Positions 15,345 to 21,703 of a stretch of 43,869 nucleotides of DNA are shown in pieces (the first letter of the stretch is position 1; each line of letters starts with the position of its first letter). The notes beneath the pieces are model-generated. The model ran no database searches and was not told the DNA's origin. It was given only the letters and a program-made list of their open reading frames with translations. The stretch is from an uncultured bacterium (GTDB lineage: Bacteria > Patescibacteriota > Patescibacteriia > UBA1558 > GWA2-36-10). Both the position numbers and the translations under genes were made by a program. The stretch covers positions 1 through 43,869 of the forward strand of contig CALMZN010000018.1 in NCBI GenBank assembly GCA_937870675.1, given 5' to 3'.

Positions 15345-17234
15345 TTATTGGCTAAAATAAGTTCTATCAAACACTTTTTCTCTTTTGATAAGCAGACCCA
15401 AGTTGCTCCTGTCGCCCAAGACATTGCGACTCTCATAGCGATAAATTTCAAAAGAGTCAACCTGATTATTCAAATAATAATAAACTGTTGCTGTTTGCCC
15501 AGCTTTGTTTTGGGCCAAGGAATAAAGCCCATAATCAAAAAGTACTTCCCAATATTGGTCATTCTGATAAAATCTGACCAGATAATAATTGCTTACTAAA
15601 TTATTATAATTTATTTTTAAGGTCTGTGCCTCAGCCGACTGTGTCAATGACCATGCTTTGAGTAGACCATCTTCTCCGCTCGTCACTGACTCAAGCTCAA
15701 AATAAGGCATACTCTTTTCACCAGAAGTGTCTTTGCTCTGCCACAAAAAAATATTGTCCTTGGCATAAGTCAAGTTGTAATCCGCCAAAACAGCCCCCCA
15801 GCGATCCGGCATAGTCAGTGGATCGCCGTGCTTCCAATATAGCGGACTATTGCTGTCATTTTTGGTGGAAATAAATTGGCTCATATCCATCAAGATATAA
15901 TCTACTTTTGGCAAGCTAAAATCTCTTTCCGCAAATATTGTCTTGCCGTAATAAGCATAGTCAATATTGTAGATCTCTCTGCGTGTGCTCAAGGCCGGCA
16001 AAAATGACGAATCCGCGCATACTGTTGCTTGGGGTGGAATCAAGTCAATTATTTTTTGCCTATCTTGATGGTAATTTGGCAAAAATTTCTTGCCAAGTAC
16101 TGAAAAAACGGGTGTGTCAAATATCACAAAAAATAAAATAGAAAAAATAAATAGGACAACAAAAAATGGCTGGTGTTTATAAATCAACCCTAATTTTTGA
16201 GTATTTTTTTTGCTAAATATGGTCCAAAGCCCAAAAATATAAGCCAAGAAAATTCCGGGCATCAAAAACATCACATAGTGGGTCTGTAGCTGGACGCCAT
16301 TGATGCCACCGTTCTTCATCAGATATAGTGAAAACGGAAATAGCGACAAAAGTAAATATTTTTTGGCTAAAAAAGGAACAAAAAGAAATGGCAAAAAATA
16401 ATAAAAAATAAGAATAACATTATTTATAGTAAAAATGTGAGTAAGCACAGCTAGGGGATGCTTCAGCCAGTTAAAAATAACGCCCAACAAACTATCGCCA
16501 CCCAGCCAATTGTAATATACCAAAAATTTGAAACTATTGGCTGGCGAAACCAAGCTAATAATATAAATGGCCGCAAAAAAATATATTAAAGAACTAATAA
16601 AAATATTTATACTGAACTTTAGCGATCTTTTTTCTAATACGCTAAACAAGGCCAAACCCAAAAATAAAAAAGCAGCATCTTCGCGAGTAAGCAAGGTGAG
16701 GACAAAAAATAACACAAACCACTTGAGCTTTTTTTGTTGGTAAAAATAAAAAGCCCAAAAAAACAAAAAAACCATCAGGTGCAACATGTGAAACTCAAAT
16801 AACACTTGACGATGCACAAAGGGATTGGTCAGCCACAAAAAAGCAGTAGTATAAGCGAAAATGACATTGCTGGAATATTTTTTGGCAATAAGGTAAATTG
16901 GCCAAGCTGCTAGAGCGGTGATTATCACTTGAATAATTAAGAGAGTGATGGCTGATGGCTTGATAGCATAAAACGGCAACAACAAAAGCAGGGCTGGTGA
17001 AAAATGATCAGCCAGATAATTGTTCAAAGTAATGGTTTCAGCAAACCAGCGACCATGCCAAGTATTAAAAAAAGTTTGGTTAAAAATCCCCAAGTCAGAG
17101 ATGTTGTAGCCAAAATAATAATATTTTTTGAGAACCAAAAAAATAAAGAACAAAATAAAGACCAGAATACTGACCCAAAGATATCTTTGGCTATGTTTGG
17201 CTAGGTCGGATTTTATTCTACTAACAAAATTCAT
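15345..17234 (-). CDS. DUF2079-family polytopic membrane protein
   Basis: 629 aa. The N-terminal GYNISDLGIFNQTFFNTWHGRWF resembles the DUF2079 signature as I remember it. It has many TM helices and a ~200-aa C-terminal extracytoplasmic domain. Confidence 0.65.
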   Translation of the reverse strand: MNFVSRIKSDLAKHSQRYLWVSILVFILFFIFLVLKKYYYFGYNISDLGIFNQTFFNTWHGRWFAETITLNNYLADHFSPALLLLLPFYAIKPSAITLLIIQVIITALAAWPIYLIAKKYSSNVIFAYTTAFLWLTNPFVHRQVLFEFHMLHLMVFLFFWAFYFYQQKKLKWFVLFFVLTLLTREDAAFLFLGLALFSVLEKRSLKFSINIFISSLIYFFAAIYIISLVSPANSFKFLVYYNWLGGDSLLGVIFNWLKHPLAVLTHIFTINNVILIFYYFLPFLFVPFLAKKYLLLSLFPFSLYLMKNGGINGVQLQTHYVMFLMPGIFLAYIFGLWTIFSKKNTQKLGLIYKHQPFFVVLFIFSILFFVIFDTPVFSVLGKKFLPNYHQDRQKIIDLIPPQATVCADSSFLPALSTRREIYNIDYAYYGKTIFAERDFSLPKVDYILMDMSQFISTKNDSNSPLYWKHGDPLTMPDRWGAVLADYNLTYAKDNIFLWQSKDTSGEKSMPYFELESVTSGEDGLLKAWSLTQSAEAQTLKINYNNLVSNYYLVRFYQNDQYWEVLFDYGLYSLAQNKAGQTATVYYYLNNQVDSFEIYRYESRNVLGDRSNLGLLIKREKVFDRTYFSQ

Positions 17235-17241
17235 TAGTATA

Positions 17242-17250
17242 ATTATAGCA
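17242..17250 (-). promoter_or_regulatory. Extended -10 (TGcTATAAT) 7 nt upstream of the DUF2079 ATG
   Basis: The minus strand reads gtgTGcTATAATtatactaATG. This spacing puts the expected TSS at the A of the start codon. Confidence 0.5.
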
Positions 17251-17289
17251 CACCAAATTCAACCCAACGGATTGATTTTGAACCAGACA

Positions 17290-17318
17290 TTGACAAATAT
17301 TGATATTTAGTATATAAT
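17290..17318 (+). promoter_or_regulatory. Perfect consensus sigma70-type promoter, TTGACA-17 nt-TATAAT
   Basis: TTGACA at 17290-17295, a 17-nt spacer, and TATAAT at 17313-17318. It lies about 60 nt upstream of ATG 17379. Confidence 0.75.
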
Positions 17319-17334
17319 ATAATGTTAGTAAAAG

Positions 17335-18150
17335 CCCTATTTTGGGCACAAATCCGAACCTTGAAAGTGAGGTGCTATATGCGTCGCTATGTGCTTATCT
17401 CCTGTCTGCTGATGGCCCTACTGCCACTCTGTGGCTGTGCTGGCCACCGCCTTCCCTTTGGTCTGGGTGTCGATTACCGGGACTCTGAAGGTCGCGCTCT
17501 GGACTGGCCCCGCGGTGACAATCCGGTCACCGTGGAGATGTTCTTTATCCTGAACTACAATGAGCCGGTGTATATCTCTGTCAACGGCGGGCCCCGAAAC
17601 GAGCTAAGGCCGGGAAGAAACAGCGTCGTCACCCTGACTTCGAAGAAGTCCATACCTTTCGAGGTCTGGTGGGGCAAACGTGTCGGTTACGACACTTTCC
17701 TTGAAGGTGATCCTCACTATGTGGTTGGTCTGTACACTGGCCAGCCAATCATCATTGATGAGTTGTTCCTCCGAAATCTGGTGCGTCTCGAGTTCGTGGT
17801 GGCCAACATTTCTGGTGAAAGCATTGACTTTGTTGACGGTCACGGAAATGTCTTCACTCTCAAGCCGGGAGAAGACAGGGTCTTGAATATCCTTGCCGGG
17901 GACTACATCTTGACCTGGCGACCTTCGGACAAAAGTTATGCTGGTTCCAGTATGAGGGGTCGCCGAATGGTCCGACCTGGACAACCGATTTTCTGGAAGG
18001 AAGTGCTTTACGACGCCGGAACACTGATCGACCGTAGTAGGCCAACTTGGGCTGAAGACATCCTGTTCCGCAATGGTGGATACATCCCCATATAACCTGC
18101 ACCGCACCAAAAACAAGCGGCTCCAACCACCGTGGTTGGAGCCGCTATTA
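17335..18150. other. Compositional island (about 55 % G+C in hand-counted samples, against about 30-38 % in the flanks)
   Basis: I hand-counted 60-nt lines. Inside the island: 17401-17460 is 38/60 G+C, 17701-17760 is 28/60 and 17941-18000 is 34/60. In the flanks: 17221-17280 is 18/60 and 18301-18360 is 23/60. Confidence 0.85.
17379..18095 (+). CDS. Orphan secreted lipoprotein (no family recognised)
   Basis: The ORF-track frame 17322..18095 is trimmed here to ATG 17379, which has the SD GTGAGGTG 5 nt upstream. The N-terminus MRRYVLISCLLMALLPLCGC is a signal peptide with a lipobox-like L-C-G-C. The ORF fills the GC-rich island exactly. There is an internal duplication of a ~48-aa module. Confidence 0.7.
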   Translation: MRRYVLISCLLMALLPLCGCAGHRLPFGLGVDYRDSEGRALDWPRGDNPVTVEMFFILNYNEPVYISVNGGPRNELRPGRNSVVTLTSKKSIPFEVWWGKRVGYDTFLEGDPHYVVGLYTGQPIIIDELFLRNLVRLEFVVANISGESIDFVDGHGNVFTLKPGEDRVLNILAGDYILTWRPSDKSYAGSSMRGRRMVRPGQPIFWKEVLYDAGTLIDRSRPTWAEDILFRNGGYIPI

Positions 18151-18155
18151 TTTTT
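18117..18155. terminator. Bidirectional intrinsic terminator between the island gene and pilin-like gene 1
   Basis: The stem is GCGGCTCCAACCA-CCG-TGGTTGGAGCCGC (13 bp). It is followed by TATTATTTTT on the plus strand and TTGTTTTTGG on the minus strand. Confidence 0.8.
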
Positions 18156-18192
18156 ACAAAAATTACAATTCGATATAACTAGTAAAAAACTA

Positions 18193-18591
18193 TTAGCCAG
18201 CTGGCGGTATTGGCACTGCGGCTGGAGTAGTTCCTCCCCCAACACCAATACCTTCAATCAATCTTAACATCACAAAATTGACTATCACATAAGACGCAAA
18301 AATAATAGCCAAGCCAATCGTAGCATTGATAATGGTCTCTCGTGATTTTTTGATGGCTTCGGTGTTGCCAGCTGAAGTCATCCACTTGAAACCCGCCCAA
18401 AGCATCAGAACAATGACTATGGCCCCCACAAAATAAAGGATGGTGTTGATAATGGAAGTAATAATTTGAATCGGAGTTTTATTGCTCACTAAACCAGTGC
18501 CTCCAGCCGCTTCGTTCAAGGAGTCCAAAGGATTCACTGCTAGAGCAGTAAAAGGCAACAATAGAAATAAGGAAATAATATATTTATACAT
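18193..18591 (-). CDS. TrbC/VirB2-like (type IV secretion pilin-like) small membrane protein, paralog 1
   Basis: I prefer the start at ATG 18591 (MYKYIISLFLLLPFTALA signal peptide, SD AAGGTG 6 nt upstream) over the track's GTG at 18600. It has two TM helices flanking WAGFKWMTSAGNTEAIKKSRET, and a Gly/Pro-rich tail. Confidence 0.7.
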   Translation of the reverse strand: MYKYIISLFLLLPFTALAVNPLDSLNEAAGGTGLVSNKTPIQIITSIINTILYFVGAIVIVLMLWAGFKWMTSAGNTEAIKKSRETIINATIGLAIIFASYVIVNFVMLRLIEGIGVGGGTTPAAVPIPPAG

Positions 18592-18604
18592 ATAATTCAC
18601 ACCT

Positions 18605-18643
18605 TAGTAGGCAAAAAGCTTGCCTACTATAGTCTAGACTATA
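18605..18643. repeat. Two adjacent perfect palindromes in the pilin-2/pilin-1 spacer
   Basis: The first is TAGTAGGCAA-AAAGC-TTGCCTACTA (18605-18629). The second is TATAGTCTAGACTATA (18628-18643). Confidence 0.9.
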
Positions 18644-18661
18644 TGTCTTAGTTCAAATACA

Positions 18662-19018
18662 CTACGTTAAAAGTTGGTTTGACAATTGGTCAAAGATGTA
18701 TTGAGCGGCGGCGTATGAAGCGAAAATAATGGCCAAGCCAACAACAGCGGCGCCCATGATTTTCTTGGCGGCCTCAATCTGCTCACTATTACCCTGAGAA
18801 GTGAACCATTTGAATCCACCATAAAGGAATAACAAGACGGCAATCGCGCCTAAGAAGGTCAAAATAATGTTCGTAATATTTGCAACAACCTCGAATATAT
18901 CTTTACTGGTTTCTGGAGCTGTGGATAGATTCTGTAAACTATTTCGGCCAAATGGATCATCTTGAGCCATAGCCATACCTGGCGCTAAAAGCATTAGGGA
19001 AACTAATAATTTTTTCAT
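18662..19018 (-). CDS. TrbC/VirB2-like small membrane protein, paralog 2
   Basis: The track ORF 18662..19111 is trimmed here to ATG 19018 (MKKLLVSLMLLAPGMAMA signal peptide), which has the SD AAAGGGGGTGA upstream. The removed extension overlaps a good promoter. The core motif is YGGFKWFTSQGNSEQIEAAKK. Confidence 0.72.
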   Translation of the reverse strand: MKKLLVSLMLLAPGMAMAQDDPFGRNSLQNLSTAPETSKDIFEVVANITNIILTFLGAIAVLLFLYGGFKWFTSQGNSEQIEAAKKIMGAAVVGLAIIFASYAAAQYIFDQLSNQLLT

Positions 19019-19082
19019 TTCTTCACCCCCTTTCAATTTTAAGATTTTAATAATTAATAACAAGGTACTTTTTACTAATAAT

Positions 19083-19111
19083 ATTATAGTCCAAAAACCA
19101 CAAAACATCAA
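19083..19111 (-). promoter_or_regulatory. Candidate promoter of pilin-like paralog 2, TTGATG-17 nt-TATAAT
   Basis: The minus strand reads TTGATGttttgtggtttttggacTATAAT, about 65 nt upstream of ATG 19018. Confidence 0.6.
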
Positions 19112-19128
19112 GAACCGAGAAATTATGT

Positions 19129-19518
19129 TTATTTTAAAAATTCGGTAAAAACATAATTCAATATTACATAGCTAAAGAAAATCATAGCTAGGCCAAATAT
19201 CGCCCAGACCAATGTCTCTCTGCCTTTCTTTACTTTTTCGGGATTGCCTTGGGAAGTGAGCCAGGTAAAACCACCCAAAACCAGATACAATAAAGCCACA
19301 GCCCCAACTATGCCTAAGATGGCTTTGATGACATTGTTGATAAGTAAGGGGACGGTATCAACTGATAGGGGGTTGTCTAGGGAAATTCTATCATCTGTTG
19401 CTGCCCAAGCCGACAAGGGAAGCGTGGCTAGCCAAAATAAATTTATTATTTTTTTTACCCCGTTAAATAAATTTTTTCGGGGCTTACCAACATTATTCAT
19501 ATTTTTTATATTTTTCAT
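19129..19518 (-). CDS. TrbC/VirB2-like small membrane protein, paralog 3
   Basis: 129 aa. The core motif is LGGFTWLTSQGNPEKVKKGRET, between two TM helices. The signal-peptide-like KKIINLFWLATLPLSAWA is preceded by about 20 extra residues, so the true start is uncertain. Confidence 0.65.
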   Translation of the reverse strand: MKNIKNMNNVGKPRKNLFNGVKKIINLFWLATLPLSAWAATDDRISLDNPLSVDTVPLLINNVIKAILGIVGAVALLYLVLGGFTWLTSQGNPEKVKKGRETLVWAIFGLAMIFFSYVILNYVFTEFLK

Positions 19519-19589
19519 TGGTGTCTAATTTATATAGTCATGCAATAAATTTAAAATTTAAACTATGTTTAAATTTTATTTAACGGGGT
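19457..19589. repeat. 15-nt perfect inverted repeat enclosing the start codon of pilin-like paralog 3
   Basis: The plus strand has ACCCCGTTAAATAAA at 19457-19471 and TTTATTTAACGGGGT at 19575-19589. A third partner, CGGGGC, lies at 19478-19483. Confidence 0.9.
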
Positions 19590-19608
19590 GAATATATTTA
19601 TGATTGTC

Positions 19609-19649
19609 ATTGCGAGTTCCGTCGCGTCAGACGCGACGGAACTCGCAAT
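19609..19649. repeat. 18-bp-stem perfect palindromic hairpin; its 21-nt core recurs at 25419-25439
   Basis: The hairpin is ATTGCGAGTTCCGTCGCG-TCAGA-CGCGACGGAACTCGCAAT. The core CCGTCGCGTCAGACGCGACGG is identical, including loop orientation, to the recA terminator hairpin. Confidence 0.9.
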
Positions 19650-19663
19650 CACAGCTTTATTTT

Positions 19664-20341
19664 TTATATTCCTGGTATCACTGGTAAATCATCTAAGGGA
19701 TTCATCATGACACAAATATAGTGTTCATCGCCGGGGCACAAATTCTTCTCATAATATTCACTTATTGCTGGCAACAAAGACAGATCTAATACATTATAAC
19801 ACTTCCAGCTCTCAAAATTAGGTAACCCTTCTATGGGATTCATTTCCGCCTTGACCTCACACTTGGTGACACACTCCTCGTGCCAACAAACATAGGGATT
19901 GATGGCCGTACTACCCGCAATCACGTTGCAAGGTGTTTCATCTGACTTGCCATCGCATTGGTCCGCCACAGCGCCAATCTGATAGTCACTCTTTACATCT
20001 AAAATATCATTCACGAAAAAATTTAATAACAAATAACTAGTAAAAGCAATGAACAGAGCAATGACTGTGTTGGTCATGGTCTGTTGGCCTTTGCGCACTT
20101 TTTCTTGGTTACCTTGTGATGTCATCCACTGGAAACCGCCAATTACAAAGTACAACAAGGCCACCGCCCCCATAGCGCCGAGCAATAACTTGGTTAATAA
20201 AATAAAACCAGTGGCCACGTCAACTAATTGACAATCTCCATCAGTAATACAATTCAAAGAATCCAAAAATCCTGACTCAGCCGCAAAAGCTACTAGTGGC
20301 AAAGCAAAAATTGTTAAAATTATTATTTTAAAATATTTCAT
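19664..20341 (-). CDS. TrbC/VirB2-like small membrane protein, paralog 4, fused to a Cys-rich C-terminal domain
   Basis: 225 aa. It has a signal peptide (MKYFKIIILTIFALPLVAFA) and the core IGGFQWMTSQGNQEKVRKGQQT. A ~110-aa tail follows with 8 Cys (10 Cys in total). Its ATG overlaps the stop of the upstream binding-protein gene (ATGA). Confidence 0.7.
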   Translation of the reverse strand: MKYFKIIILTIFALPLVAFAAESGFLDSLNCITDGDCQLVDVATGFILLTKLLLGAMGAVALLYFVIGGFQWMTSQGNQEKVRKGQQTMTNTVIALFIAFTSYLLLNFFVNDILDVKSDYQIGAVADQCDGKSDETPCNVIAGSTAINPYVCWHEECVTKCEVKAEMNPIEGLPNFESWKCYNVLDLSLLPAISEYYEKNLCPGDEHYICVMMNPLDDLPVIPGI

Positions 20342-21702
20342 TGGCTGGGCTGATAAGTTTGATTTATTCTATCAATAAATAATTTCAAATCTGACTGGTT
20401 GTTGATGTCAATTTTGTTGTCAGCCAAACCATTGATAAAATCGGCCATATAGCTTTCGGCTTTGGGGTAATCATAACCAGTGTACCAGTTGTCGGCGGTC
20501 AAAACCTGATTGGCAAAAGGAGCAATGTCGGGATTATTCTTTTGCTCAATGATCAATGAACGCAAAGCAGTTGGTTTTTTGTTTTGATCCAAATATTTTT
20601 TGACATTTTGGGCGCTGGCTGTGTTTTGGATAAAGTTCCAAGCTACGCCTTGATTCTTGGATTTTTTGGCGACCACATTGACCCAGTAGTCGGCATAATA
20701 CTTTGTGCCTTGTGATCCTTCGGTTTGTGGAAAATTGGTAATGCCCCATTCAAATGGCACTCCGGCTTTACGCAAAGCGTCGGCGTGATAGCTATAACCA
20801 AAGAAATAGGCCAGTTTGCCAGAGCTAAACATATCAAAAGCATTGGGCAAACTCTTGCTCCAAGAATATGAAGCCAAGCCCGGTCGAGCAAAGCTAATAT
20901 AAAAATTTATAGCTTCTTGAAATCTAGCGGCTGATTGCTCTTCACCAACTGGATTAAACTTTGTGCCTTTTAGATTAACTTGGGTTTGGAGCATCAAGCT
21001 AGAAACTATATCAAAAAATCTTGGTATGTTGTCGGCCGTGCCCAAGGCCACACCTGATTGAACTATTTTATTGTCAGTGGTCACTTTGGTCAGCTGACTG
21101 GTCTGATCCACCAGATCATTGAAGGTAATGATTTTTTCGGGCAAGCTAGCTTGGTCAAGTAAGTCCTCGTTATAAAAAGTGACTAGCGTGTCTAGCGAAT
21201 AAGGCAAAGCATATATTTGATTGTTTTTGACCACATTGTTGTACACCACATCAACATACTGGTTCTTAACTTCGTTGGCGCTAAGCCCTTTTACTGTCTG
21301 CAAAGTGACGACTGTTTCTTTTTTTATGGTGCCTTTTATTTCCTGCACTGGAATTTGGACTGTGCTGGGCATGGGCACAATGCGATTTTGGTATTTATTG
21401 AGCCAGCTGGCTGGAATAGCAAAAACATCCGGCCCCCGATCATCAGCCCAGGCCTCTAATAATTTTCTTTCATATTCTTCATAACGAAGCTGTTTGTAGG
21501 TGACTTTCACGGTAGGGTGGCTAGCTTGGTAGTCCTGTATCAAGCTAGCTACTTGTGTGGGGCTATCCCACACTCCCCAGTAGGTCAAAGCCACGGGTTG
21601 ACTGGCACTATCTGTGGAGCAACCCAAGCCCTTACAACCAAAACCAGAGGTGATGACAAACACTCCGATCAATAATAATGTAATTATTTTGTAGCCACGC
21701 AT
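20338..21702 (-). CDS. Extracellular solute-binding lipoprotein (ABC family-1, sugar-type) without cognate permease or ATPase nearby
   Basis: 454 aa. It has a signal peptide plus lipobox (LLLIGVFVITSGFGC). The size and sequence character fit sugar-binding proteins. Confidence 0.7.
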   Translation of the reverse strand: MRGYKIITLLLIGVFVITSGFGCKGLGCSTDSASQPVALTYWGVWDSPTQVASLIQDYQASHPTVKVTYKQLRYEEYERKLLEAWADDRGPDVFAIPASWLNKYQNRIVPMPSTVQIPVQEIKGTIKKETVVTLQTVKGLSANEVKNQYVDVVYNNVVKNNQIYALPYSLDTLVTFYNEDLLDQASLPEKIITFNDLVDQTSQLTKVTTDNKIVQSGVALGTADNIPRFFDIVSSLMLQTQVNLKGTKFNPVGEEQSAARFQEAINFYISFARPGLASYSWSKSLPNAFDMFSSGKLAYFFGYSYHADALRKAGVPFEWGITNFPQTEGSQGTKYYADYWVNVVAKKSKNQGVAWNFIQNTASAQNVKKYLDQNKKPTALRSLIIEQKNNPDIAPFANQVLTADNWYTGYDYPKAESYMADFINGLADNKIDINNQSDLKLFIDRINQTYQPSQ

Positions 21703-21703
21703 A

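Noticed and set aside
17326-18187. 8-nt direct repeat TAGTAAAA at both edges of the GC island as a target-site duplication
   Set aside because: An AT-rich 8-mer match within about 30 nt of each boundary is plausibly chance. No inverted terminal repeats, integrase or transposase accompany it. It is kept only as a note within the island finding.
17604-18257. A 217-aa minus-strand ORF (plus the 88-aa, 68-aa and 64-aa ORFs) overlapping the GC-rich island
   Set aside because: Long stop-free frames on all strands are expected in a ~55 % GC stretch. This one runs through the terminator hairpin into the neighbouring gene, and it has no SD or signal features. The plus-strand ORF, by contrast, has a promoter, an SD, a lipoprotein signal and an exact fit to the island.
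19019-19111. 31-codon N-terminal extension of pilin-like paralog 2 in the ORF track
   Set aside because: The extension contains the TTGATG-17-TATAAT promoter and the AAAGGGGGTGA SD. The shorter form starts with a normal signal peptide (MKKLLVSLMLLAPGMAMA).
19600-19710. A 36-codon plus-strand ORF (MIVIASSVASDATELAITALFFIFLVSLVNHLRDSS) with GGGGTGA 8 nt upstream
   Set aside because: Its SD is simply the complement arm of the inverted repeat. Half of the peptide is dictated by the palindromic hairpin, it overlaps the 3' end of pilin paralog 4 antisense, and nothing else supports it. It is worth a look only if plus-strand transcription is observed.
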